DNA of 64,000 nucleotides from Octopus sinensis (taxonomy: Eukaryota): assembly GCF_006345805.1 (NCBI RefSeq), contig NC_043002.1, forward strand, positions 115,754,001 through 115,818,000, written 5' to 3'. Made by a program: the position numbers and the translations under genes. The notes below the pieces were generated by a model. The model worked only from the letters and a program-made list of their open reading frames with translations. It did no database searches and was not told the origin of the DNA. Of this stretch, positions 11,601-23,000 are shown piece by piece (position 1 is the stretch's first letter; the number at the start of each line of letters is the position of its first letter).

Positions 11601-11976
11601 AAACAATCTGCACTTCATTTAGAAAGAGAACCATAAGGCAACTAAAAGAGCTGGAGCCCGGAAGAGAATCTGGTTACCATGCCAGCATGGGAAGGTGAAT
11701 GTGAAATGATGAGGATAACTAAATGTTATCTAAATATGAAACAATAACTTTTTAAGATACACAAAATTGGTAATCTTTCTTGTATGATAGCATAAAAAAC
11801 ATGACTGATATTTAATTTCTACTTCCTTATAGGTTCATTCTTCTCCCCAAAGATACCATGCAGCCTATATTGGAGCTTGCATTCTAAGTGCACTACCAGA
11901 GTTCCAAAACCACTGTATTTTAGCAAATGAATGGAAAAGAGACGGTACAAGAGCCTTTCAAAAATGGATTTATTAA
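2013..11976 (+). CDS. Divergent actin-family (actin-like/Arp-like) gene, 3' half; join(2013-2155,5148-5263,6022-6168,7943-8042,11833-11976); 5' exons upstream of window
   Basis: Five AG/GT-bounded exons with compatible phases give GFAIEGGQSVQSYGAGKIRQSLRSGLAKHNFPLYSPLEQILIRYIMEQ-TCYVSKNYEEEIQKY...DTYS-TISHDISCFASPEGFFNTDLWGMDYPTVQALVLKAINACPMDNRRHMCR-AIYLSGGVTMIPGFAARLEKEVQKLVNPSLLVQ-VHSSPQRYHAAYIGACILSALPEFQNHCILANEWKRDGTRAFQKWIY*. This is colinear with actin (GYALPH..., KEKLCYVA, RCPEALF, VLSGGTTMYPGIADRMQKE, PPERKYSVWIGGSIL). Confidence 0.93.
2362..2680 (+). mobile_element. tRNA-derived SINE (family A)
   Basis: A-box TAGTGGTTAG, B-box GTTCAATTCC, central GTGTCCTTGAGCAAGACACT; head shared with 7065-7312. 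Confidence 0.75.
2757..3179 (+). mobile_element. tRNA-derived SINE (family B) with internal (TG)n and RTE-like (GAT)n tail
   Basis: B-box-like GGTTCAGTCCC, TTGGGCAAGTGT; homologous copies at 19891, ~23040, ~45190 (-) and 52335. Confidence 0.8.
3214..3380 (-). mobile_element. SINE family B 3' tail fragment, inverted
   Basis: Begins with (ATC)n; its reverse complement aligns with ~3001-3179. Confidence 0.7.
3595..3807 (+). mobile_element. SINE family C (GCCTTTCATCCT...GGTCGATAAAATAAGTACCAG core)
   Basis: B-box-like GAGTTCAAATTCC; homologous copies at 7345-7590 (-), 20707-20923, ~43800, 46253-46478, ~51195-51365 (-), ~63270-63410 (-). Confidence 0.78.
4196..4726 (+). mobile_element. Non-autonomous mariner (internal deletion derivative)
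   Basis: TA|TTGGGTTGTCCGGAAAG ... CTTTCCGGACAACCCAA|TA (TIRs plus TA TSD); transposase C-terminus LLHPPYSPDIAPSDFHLF (YSPDLAP motif and third catalytic D). Confidence 0.92.
5148..5263 (+). CDS. Actin-like gene internal exon (116 nt)
   Basis: ttttcag|ACATGCTAT...ACCTATAG|gtattg; TCYVSKNYEEE corresponds to actin LCYVALDFEQE. Confidence 0.9.
5334..5887. repeat. Fold-back element: ~120-bp imperfect inverted arms (5334-5455 / 5772-5887) around a ~310-bp spacer
   Basis: Revcomp of left arm ctgcttccttctcaggatgggaatttgtgcctgaaatataaagtttttatgaaactt aligns with right arm ctgcttcgttctgaagaagggtctttgcacctgaaatctaaaggtttttgtaaaactt. Confidence 0.7.
6022..6168 (+). CDS. Actin-like gene internal exon (147 nt)
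   Basis: ctatcttccag|CACCATA...ATGTGCAG|gttggt; CFASPEGFF and INACPMDNRRHM correspond to actin RFRCPEALF and IMKCDVDIRKDL. Confidence 0.9.
7065..7312 (-). mobile_element. tRNA-derived SINE (family A head, different tail)
   Basis: Minus strand: GCTTAGTGGTTAG A-box, GGTTTCGATTCCT B-box, GTGTTCTTGAGCAAAACACT, then GATGGACTGGCGTCCCGTCCAG. Confidence 0.78.
7345..7590 (-). mobile_element. SINE family C copy
   Basis: ctggtacttatttcatcaaccctgaaaggatgaaaggc is the reverse complement of the family C core. Confidence 0.72.
7943..8042 (+). CDS. Actin-like gene internal exon (100 nt)
   Basis: ttaaacag|AGCTATC...GTGCAG|gtaaga; AIYLSGGVTMIPGFAARLEKEV carries the actin-family adenosine-binding LSGG motif. 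Confidence 0.93.
9700..10250 (-). mobile_element. Highly decayed RTE-type LINE, AP-endonuclease region
   Basis: Minus-strand remnants read GVGMVLADEV / AYIPQSG.TDEQKDL; broken by many stops and frameshifts. Confidence 0.45.
11833..11976 (+). CDS. Actin-like gene last coding exon (144 nt, TAA stop)
   Basis: cttccttatag|GTTCATTCT...TATTAA; SPQRYHAAYIGACIL corresponds to actin PPERKYSVWIGGSIL. Confidence 0.92.
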   Translation, partial: VHSSPQRYHAAYIGACILSALPEFQNHCILANEWKRDGTRAFQKWIY

Positions 11977-12696
11977 ATTGCTCGACTTGATGCTAATTTC
12001 TCGGTGAAGAAAAACAAATTATAAATATCTTCTGTCTAAATTACTTACACAATTTACTGTATTATAATAACCTTAAAACCTTTATACTTTGAATTCTATT
12101 TTTTTTCTACATAAAATTTTTATGCTTGGATCATCCACATTTCCTTGTCTTCCAGTAATTAATGCTTCTCTCAAAGACACTCACAGCCTCACTTAATTTC
12201 TTTTTCATTATGATAAAAATACTACTGCAATAATGGGCGCTATAATTTCCAAGAAGTTAAAGGCATGACTTCTTTTACTCAGAAACAATAATAATAATGT
12301 TGCAAATTAAAGAAATAAAATGTTATATATTATCCACAGGTTTCAGAACTCTGTTTCACAGTGAGTAAATAGAAAGAATATTTTCAAAGATGAATTATTT
12401 AATAAAGGCTGAAGTAAAACAATAGTGGAATTAATTTAATTTATTTGTAATAGACAAATTAGTGTTTATACAGTGCAGACAATAACAATTACCAAGTAGT
12501 CTTGAAGAAGTGGAAATAATCAATACAGGATGAGATCTTATGAAGTAGATTAAAATTTAAGAAATTTAACACAAATATGTGAAAGAGATGGAGGGGAATA
12601 TTTCTTTTGAATGATTAAAAAAATCATAGCAGTCAGCTGAAGATTTTAACAGAAGAATGAAAAGTAGAGTCATTAGTTACTAAGACTTTGGATGGT

Positions 12697-12698
<2 letters not shown>

Positions 12699-12750
<52 letters not shown>
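12699..12750. repeat. (AT)n microsatellite ~190 nt downstream of the SR stop codon (probably in its 3' UTR)
   Basis: Direct read. Confidence 0.95.
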
Positions 12751-12753
<3 letters not shown>

Positions 12754-12936
12754 TAGAAATTGAATGTTTAATAGGAAGATGCCACTGAAACAAGCTGATG
12801 AAAGAAGAAATGAAAAAAAAAATAAATGTAAGAAAACTTTTAATGACTGCAAGCAAAAAGTAGAATTTCAAGATCTAATACAGTTTATATAGAGAAATGA
12901 AAACAATGGATGGCCTGTGTAAAATTTTGTTAGTCT

Positions 12937-13351
12937 TCAGCTTTGTGAAACACTTCTGCTTCTTGACTGCCGTGTAAACTTGTCCCTCGATCTACTGCGT
13001 GACCGACTAGATGAATGAGAATGATCTGGTTTCACTGCAACAGTTTCCTGTTCTCCATTTGTTTTCCCTTTGGAAGCACTTCGGGATCTACTTCTGGAAC
13101 GGCTAACAGATCTACTTCTGGATTGACTAACAGATCGAGAACGGCTCTTTGATCGAGATCTACTTTTGTCTCGTCGATAGTGATCTGGACTAAGTTTGTC
13201 TCGACCTCGTCGATGTTCACTGCTTGGACTACGTCGTCTTCTGTCTCTACTACTACTCCTGTGGTCTCTACTACGACTGCGATCTCTACTATGAGACCTT
13301 GTTCGAGATCTTCTACGACGCCTGTCTCTGGATCGTGACCTTGATCGAGAT
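12937..13351 (-). CDS. SR gene last coding exon (RS domain, TGA stop)
   Basis: ttttttctcaatatgtag|ATCTCGA...AGCTGA; RS dipeptide-rich, matching ORF 12937..13422. Confidence 0.93.
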
Positions 13352-16300
13352 CTACATATTGAGAAAAAACAAAATAGATACATAAATATATATATAGACA
13401 TATTACACACAACATACATCAAATTTCCTCTGAAACAGTAAAAAAAACTGATAACTACCTTCGTCTTCGGCGTGGAGATGGTGATCTGTAGTAGCTACTG
13501 CGCTCGGGCCTTCTGTAACCATAGTAACGATCATCAGGGCAATCCCGAGCCCAATGTCCAGGTCGATGGCAGCGATAGCATTCATCATAGCCCTAAACAA
13601 ATTTATAATTTATTTTCATTAGTATATTTTATTTATATGATATAATCACTACAATGTAAAAAAATACTTTTCCCTATGAACTCAAATTACTATTACTGTA
13701 ATTAAATTATTCATAAATATAAAATAAATGTTATCTTTTGACGTCTTTTGTATTCATCTAATTGAAAAGAGGTGACTTGGCAGAGGTGTAAAAGCACTGA
13801 ACAAAATGCCTCACACTATTTGCTCCGACACCCATCACTCTCAGTTCAAACTGACTTAAGTTTTTCATCTTTTAGGTGTCAGCAGAAAAAGTATGAGTTC
13901 AGGGTAGGTGGAACTGTTAAAGCATCAAATGAGATAGATGCTCTGCAGTATCTGACAGCAGTACCTGCAACATTACTGGTACCAAGGTGTATTGGCCTTT
14001 GAGACAAGCTTTTTTCCTTAAATAACACTAGTGCTATGAAGAGAGATAAATGCATGAGCATTGCTAGTTTTTAGCAAAAAAAAAAAAAAAACCTTTGATA
14101 GGGCCTACATAAATTGGTGCAGATACATGGTCAAACCTTCCCAACTTGGGATTTAATTGAATATTAAGTGACAATCATATTGGTGCTGCAGTCAGCCTTT
14201 AAAACATTTACATCAACACAGGCAAATGTTCAATTTATAGACATTTTCATGTAAGGAAAAAAAAGAATGTAAATGTAAAATGTACGAATGGTGATCATGT
14301 CATTTTTAAACCCAAAAATGAATGTTAAAAACTGAGCAGACAAACCCTTAAAATATATTTCTTGTTCTTATATACTGAAAGAAAAGATTGAATATTTTAC
14401 CTGGTCAGATAGGGGAAAAGTTGAAATTAATTGATTTTCTGAATCCTATTTATATTTTATTTTATCTTTGTACAATATCTCATCAAGTTAGATGATTAAA
14501 AAAATTACACAAGATTAACTCTTAACTTCCTGGACTTAACAGGATTACGTCAGTTAACCAGCCCCGAAATACATAATTACAAAAATTATATTCGCCTTAT
14601 TTGCATTCATTTTGAAGGAAGCGGAGAAAGCTCGAATGGAAGGGAGAAAACTCTGATCCCTTCCATCTTCCTTGTAGCAGAATCATTATAGTAGAGATCC
14701 CCAAAAGATGAATACAGATTAAGACCATGCCGTGGATCCTTTGTTACAAGGCCACAGGGAAAGAATGAATGTTTAAATTTTCTTTCTGTTTTATTGACTG
14801 CAAGGTGTTTCATTCTGAAAAGAAATTACCACTTCAATCTGTGCCTTTTTCTTACATTTTTATAAGTCAGTGTTTTTGTCCACCAATAAAGAACACAGGC
14901 TAACTGTAAGTATAATAAGAGCATGTGATCCCAGGTTCAAGGGAAAAAATTGTTTTGCTTGAAATCAATCAGTGGTGTAAAGAAAGTTTGGGGACCACTG
15001 CATTACGAGACTGGACTTCTGATTTGAAACTATTTTTGTCTTCTCCACTTGGAGTATCAGTACAAAGTACCCTGGTACAACACAATACCTTCACTATTAC
15101 TATTTTTATTCACCCTACTTTCTTTTAACCACTTTAACCATTAGACTTCTACTCCGTGTATTTCTAATTAGAGAATTCTAAATTCTTTAGATTTTACTTA
15201 TTATTTTGCTTCATAATTAGTTTAAATTCACATCTATAACCCCAAATAGTGAACTCCAAGTTCATCTTTAATTTGATCATAGTCTTTTTTGTTTTACCTC
15301 ACTAAAAGGATTTTGTATTTTTATTTGTAGCTAATTTAATCTTCAAATTACAACTTCTTCCTCTGCTCCCTTTTAAATAAACTTTTTGATATCCTTTCAG
15401 TGCCTGCCCCAACCCTACTGGATTTTTACCACTTTTATGTGACTCCTAGATTTTATATTTCCACTATTTTAATTACTTCTTTTAGTGCAGTTATCACAGT
15501 TTTCCTTATTTCCTCATTAATAACTATATTGCTAATATTTTTCCTGTATTCAAGGTCTTAATTCTCTGCCTAATTTATATCCCACCTTTCTAATGAAAAA
15601 GATTTTATTGTCAATCACTTACTTGATTATTATGATTATTACTACTATTAATTTTATTAGTAAGCAATGGACAAGCAGAATCATTTGAGCTTTGGACAAA
15701 ATGTACTATGATCTAAGTTCAAATCTCATTAAGATTAACTTTATCTTTCTTCCACAGGTAATGAAATAAAATACTTGTCCACATCAAGAATCAATTTAAT
15801 CACCTTAAATTGCACCACTAAAACAGTTTATAGAAAAATACTTACATTACTGACTAAAGGACGTCTTGGGTTGCCTTTTGCCCATTCTACAATGATACTT
15901 GAATTACATACTTCTCGACCATTTTCATATTTAATAGCATCCTGTAATAGTGAGAAAAACAATTGATATGAACATTGAAGAAGCATGGATGAAAATTTTA
16001 CTTCTTTTTTTTTAAATAAGAGGAATATGTTTCTAAATTTTCATAATTTAGGGAATGGGAATTAGTAACCCAATTCTAAAACAGCCAAAATTTTTCACTT
16101 CTCTTTCTCACATGAGCTTTCTTCTGAAAGAACACATATGCTTAGAGGCGAGTGCACACACAGACACACACCAATTTTAATAATTTGCGTCAATCTACAT
16201 CAGGTCTGCATCGGATGATTGCAAAGTTGTATCAAGTGAGAGAATATGTAGTTATGGAGAGCAAGTATGGAACAATTTAGAATACAAGGGAAGAGATTAG

Positions 16301-16950
16301 GGATTGCAATTTAAATACTAAGAAACTTTTGTTCCTAGATTTCAAAATGAATGAAAGAAGGAGATACTGCTTAGAAAGATAGGGAGAGGAAAAGCATGAG
16401 AAATAGTTTGGTGGGGAGAATGTAAGGTGAGAGAGAAGGAGCCAAATGGCAGGGAAAGAGAAAGAATCAAAATGAAATAAAGAGTAATTTACTAGTACAA
16501 AAGTTGTAGTGCTGTAGGATTTTGTTTACATGATAATTGAAAAAAAATATAGGAAAAGTAAAGAAAATCAGTATTAAATTGAGTTTAAGAATGTGAGCCA
16601 AAATGAATTATGAAGCAAAACAAAGTAAGTAAAATATAAAGAATTTAGAATTTTCTAAAGAGAAAAAGATGAGTTATATATAGGCTAAACTGGATCTAGC
16701 AACAGTGAATGGGATGACAAGAATTAAGAATGGTAAGTGAAAGTAACAGCATGAAATAAAAACAGTAAAATTTAATCACAACTAAAACTCTAATCAACAC
16801 CTAAAAAAATGTTTTAAAGCAATAAAGAAACCTATCAAATTGTTGATAATAAACAAGAGAATTGTGTGTGGAAGAAACAGCGAAAAATACCACTGAATGA
16901 TGAAATACCAGAGATTAAGATTCAAAATAGACTAAGAGAGACTATATGTG

Positions 16951-16986
<36 letters not shown>

Positions 16987-17329
16987 GATAGAGAGAGAGG
17001 TTGTATACTGTCAACTTAACGTGACAGTCCCGTATGGGAATTACACCACCGCTGTTTAGCCCTAGGAAGCATTGAACACTTCCTGTCGGCTTTGACACAT
17101 TTCCTGTGTCCTTATATATACAAACACAAATATAAGGACACAGAAAATGTGTCAAAGCCGACAGGAAGCGTTCGATGCTTCCTAGGGCTAAACAGCGGTG
17201 GTGTAATTCCCTTTACGGGACTGTCACATTATGTTGACAGTACACAACCACTCTATCGCTCCACCACCGCTCATGTCTCTCTGAGACATTTAGAAATTCA
17301 ATATTTCTGATTATATATATATAATGATG

Positions 17330-17383
<54 letters not shown>

Positions 17384-19193
17384 ATAAATCAGCAATGGTT
17401 TTAATCTTAATAAGAATAACAGAAAGCAATACTCTTTAATAGAAAAATATTACTCTTTGCTACCCAATTGTAAGAATTTGGTATTAATACGAGAGATGCC
17501 TTCAAACCAATAAATCATTTCTTGTAAATTCTGTCATATACATAAGGAAGATACCTCTATAACTTATGAGACTGTTTTGTCAAAATCCCTTAACTAATTT
17601 TCACAATATCAGTTTTTATGAGGTTGATCAGCCAGATAACTAGCTTGGTGGGGGGAATTAGCTTTTTGTACCTTTGATGTAAAATATAAGGGGTGTTTGT
17701 AGCTCAGTTGTCATGAATATTTATATCTTTACTAATATTTAAATTTGCAGTTATCATGAATGTTTAAATTTTCACTATGAGAATCAATGTTTTTTTAGAC
17801 TTTCAAGAAGTTTACTAACGGGAGTTAGTGATAGAATTATCTAAAAATATATATTTCACTCCATCTCGGTTGAAGTTTTTAGTCATATCTGATAGAAGAT
17901 ATTTATGTCACTAACACCCATACGTTGAGATTTCCTTACATCTACATTTTCAACACTTTCCTATATTTTTTCCATTTTTATTTTTAAAAATTACACAAAA
18001 AACCTTTGCATTAATAGACTATTCTTATTCATTTTATCTTCAGAATTAAGTAAGTAACCAGTTTCCTCTCTCTTCTCTCCCCCTAACAAACCCATCCTAT
18101 TTCTTACCCTCTACAGCATTCCCATCTTTTCCCGTCTTCTATCAGCTTTCCACTTAGTTATTGGCCCCTCTCTATCGATCCCACTATACATGTACATCTA
18201 TGATGATTTATAAAATAAATTTTCATTTTAAAAGTGAGAAATGTAAACATCTTAATGCAGAAATTATTAATACCTAATCTCGTGATTTTTCCATATTTAT
18301 ACTCTGAAAATGTATATTCTTTCATTTGATACAACATTGAATTTGATGTAAATACACAACAAAACAGCCTGCAGTTGACCACAAATTAGTAAAATTCATA
18401 AGTACTTGTATTCAGTGTTTTATTGCTGGAAAACTTTATTCTATCATGGCCACTTACAACATTACAAGCTACAAGCTCTCACAATATATATATAAACGCA
18501 CAAACACTCACATATATACGCACATATGTACAAGAATACACAATACAGACAATATATATATATACACACACACACACACATACATACCAATATGTATACA
18601 GATACACATACAGCACAGATACATATGTATCTATATATACAAAAAGACATTTACACATGCATAAATATGCACTTCTTGTGTACATATATGTAAATGTATA
18701 GGTGCATATATATATATACACGTACATACAACTACATATATAAACATATATACACACATATATACATATACTGATACACATATACATGTACATACATATA
18801 TACACATGCATTAGAACAAAGACCGGAAAGTTCACTTTAAAACTATACCAAACTTTCCAGTCTTTACACTGCAAATATGACTCACTAAGATTTTCAACTG
18901 GTATGAATGACTTTCTCATTCAAAATAAACATCTACTTCAATACATTTGATTACTGGAATGTGCAGATGTGCTTCATAAGAACACAACTTTGATTATAAC
19001 CTCTTCTATACATACATACACACAAATATATGTACATATGTATAAATATACATTTGTACACACACATATATATATATACATACATATAAATATACATTTG
19101 TACACACACATATATATATATACATACATACACATGTATGCATCTACCTGGATACATGTGTATGCATATACAGACGCCTATGTTTACACACGT

Positions 19194-19240
<47 letters not shown>

Positions 19241-20039
19241 TATATATATAATACATACACACACACATATTTATATGTACATATATATATATATACACAT
19301 GTGGTTATATATGTAGATATATATATATATACATACATAGACATGTATACATACATCCACGTATACGTATACATACATATACACACACACACATACATGC
19401 ACCCAGATCTACAAATCCTGGATAGGCCTGAATTCCCCTGCAAGACAACATAATAAAACACTGAACTCAGAAAACTGTGGGGTTGAGTCCAGCTGAATTC
19501 TCATTTACCATAGAGACAGTCCAATACACACACACACACACACATACATTGTCCCCAACAAGTATTACGCCATCTCAACTGCCCCTTCTTCACATCCCAT
19601 AACTTTTTGTGCTATGCGTTTCTGCTTCCATCCTTCATTCTCATTATCAACCCCTCCCATGTACTACCTCACCCTCTCCTCCCACCTTAACACTTTGAAT
19701 ATTTTCTATTATTCTCAACACCCTCTCCCTACCACTCCTCTGCCTTGCTCATCATCTACTCCTTGAACTATCATTCCTGGGTCACTCTTATCTCCTCCTA
19801 CCATCCAGCCCATACTGATATTTCCCATCAAGCCACTTCTATATAATCCCACTCCCACCCTCTCTCATAATGATATATATATATCATTACAGGTATAACT
19901 AAAAGGTTGAGAACTTTGTTACCCAACCACATAGTTTTGAATTCAGTCCCACTGCATGGTACCTTGGGCAAGTGTCTTCTATTACAGTCATGGGCCAGCC
20001 AAAGCTTTGTGAGTGGATTTGGTAGATGGAAAGCTCATC

Positions 20040-20073
<34 letters not shown>

Positions 20074-23000
20074 CTTTGTCTTAACATTGCAGCAGTTGTA
20101 AATGAGTATCACTGTCATAGAAGAGCAAAGTCTTTCGTTTCCAATATTCTGTAAAAATGTCTCGCCACAGGAAATATTACCTTACTTGGAAAGAAGTAAG
20201 GGTTGGTGGCAGGAGAGACATTCAGCCATATAAAATCTGCCTCAATAAACTCCATCTGACCCATGAGGGCATAGAGATATAAACATTAAAACAATGATGA
20301 TTATATTGTATAAGAGAATTGCATTTTGGCAATTGTATATGAAAAAATAGATATGTATTTTTGTGTTTCTTTTTTCATATTACATTAGTCTTTTGAAATG
20401 CTTATTTTTAGGTGTCTAGCTAAATGTATTATCATTTGTAGTAGCAGTGCATTAGCCTTTTGCTGCTAGTCTATTCACCTGTTGCCCAATCAGCTATAGA
20501 CTATCAACTGTAACTAAATGTTATGTACATAGTGTATTCGATTAGTGGTCAGGATCATGTTTCAACTGAGTGAGTTGACAGTTCAAATTGGGGCATGTGG
20601 TGGGCCATGCAAGGAAGGGTAGTTTGCAAGCATATTTATGACAGTATTGTTGGTATGAATTATAGAAATTTGCAAAAACTTATATATCAAATATTAGTGT
20701 ACACTAAAGCAGTGAGCTGGTAGAAGTGTAAGCACAATTGGCAAAATGCTTAGTGGCATTTGTCCTTCTTTAGTCTGAGTTCAAATGCCGTTAAAAACAA
20801 CTTTACCTTTCAACCTTTTGAGGTCGATAAAATAAGTACCAGTCAAGTACTGGGATCAATGTAATTGATTTAGCCTCTTCCCTGAAGTTGCTAGTCTTGT
20901 GCCAAAATTTGAAACCAATATTAGAATGCATTCAGTTATGTAAAAGTCAACTCGTTGTGCATCAGGTAAGGTGCAAAATATAGATAATAAAAATACCTGT
21001 GCAGTGGAATATATGGCTTCCAGTGATTTGGCATGGGAGTCATAAAACTGGTACACTGGGTGATTGTTCCATCAAATCAAGGTAATCAATTATGTTAGCC
21101 TGTGAGCATGTTGACATCATTCTAGCACTCAAAACCGATGCATAAAATTTAGATAATGTAAGCTTATCCCAGTATTTCAATACTTACAGTAATTATGATG
21201 AATTTGTATTTTGTGTACAACTCAACTGTTGTAACATAATGGTTGTCCCCTAGTTTTTTTTCTTTTATTTGTTAAAAGGTTACCTTGAAGAGGAACTGGG
21301 GTTTTTTTTATGTATACAGATTGTTTTAAAGTGGGAGCATAGTGTTGGTTGGGGATGGTTTAGGAGGTTATGGTGGTGAATATAATGCAATGTTGCACTT
21401 AAACTTTTGAGCAGTTATGGTTATATACATGTGTATGTTTGAATTATTTAACACGTTTCTCAATTCTCCAAGCTAGTTTGGTTTGACAGGATTGGATAAG
21501 TCGTGTTCAAACGTCTGCTTTGGCAATGTTTCTATGGCTGGATGCCCTTTGTGATACCAACCACTTTACAGAGTGGCAATGGGTGCTTTATGCTTAATAT
21601 ATCTGCATATATAAACATATTTTCATTTGTGCATGTGTACACATGCACGCATTGAAACATTCCATCAACATCACCCTCATCATTTTAAGCTCTGTTTTTC
21701 TATGCTTGCATGGGTCAGACGAAATTCACTAAGGCAGATTTTCTATGGCTACACACCCTTCCTTCTGCCAAACCTCACCTGTTTCCAAGTAATATTTCCC
21801 ATGGCTGCACATTTGAACTGAAGATAAAAAATTACAGCAACACTAATTTTACAATTATCATATGATGCAAAGACAAAGGAGTACAAACACTCAGACATAT
21901 ACACACACACACACAACAGTCTTTTTAATTTCTCTCTACTTGATACACTCACAAGGCTTTGTGTGGCTCCAGTAGAAGACACCTGCCCAAAATACCACGA
22001 CACAAAATACTATGCCACATAACTAGGCAGATTTTCTCGAGCATTGCATGTCGCGTCATCTCGGTCCTTTTTAAGACTAAACAACCCGGTCGCCCTTCGC
22101 CCCCCCCCATTCCACACCTTCTTGTTTCCATTCACTGTAAGTGAGAGACACTTCTTTATACACCGACCCTCACTCATACGCATCCCATAACAAAACCAAT
22201 GCAGCTGTCTCTCTTGCACACTACATCTCATTCCTCTTGTACCCCATTTACCTCAACACACTTGTATTTTGTTATCCATGCACACTGACATCGCACATCC
22301 AGCAGAGCATGCTTCCTTCATTTCCGTTCAGTTTTTGCGAGTCCTTTGCATTAAGGGCCCATATCTCACTACCATGTAGCATTGTAGTTTGTATACAAGA
22401 TCTCAGCCAGTCTGCCTTTCAAACTGAGATAAAAATCATTTGTTACCAACAGAGGTAATAGCTCCCTCAACCTTCTGCACCCTGTTCTTATTCTAACTAC
22501 CATACTTTGAGAACTGCTAATTAGGCAACCTACATAACAGAAGCTATCTACTACCTCTAATGGAATCTAAGGGCATTTGAAAGCATCTATCTCTTACGTG
22601 ATCTTTGTGTTTATTTCTTGTACACAACAGCCACATAGAAATTCTGCTTTCTCTGTTAACCTGCCTCTGATTCCAGTTTTACATTCTAGCAGCTATAACC
22701 CATGGAGCAGCCTTCTTAATCCAAAACCACCTTGTGGCTTTCTCAATAACTTGACTTGCAAACTGAATGGTCCTTTTCTTTTCCACCACTGCAAAGCCTA
22801 ATCAGTTGAGGACTTTGCAAAGTGAACATCTGTAAAGCCTCTTCAGTCCACCTTTATAGACTCATATTGTGTTTTTAAACTTCTGCTCCTGGTACTTTGC
22901 ATATTTCATTTCATTGATTTCACAAATACGCTCTTTGCAGTGCACAGTAAATTCTAACATGATCAGTGGTTTTGTTGCTTCAGAGATGTCTGGCAAGAAA

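Noticed and set aside
13032-13415. 127-aa acidic/Val-rich ORF overlapping the RS exon
   Set aside because: It is the +1 shadow frame of the RS-dipeptide codons; splice phase supports only the RS frame.
13403-13600. 65-aa ORF MFRAMMNAIAA...
   Set aside because: Alternative frame of the zinc-knuckle exon running into intron.
18423-19461. Many ORFs rich in Y/I/H/T/C/V (also 1230-1578, 31808-32086, 58591-58806)
   Set aside because: Translations of (TA)n/(CA)n/(TG)n microsatellites.
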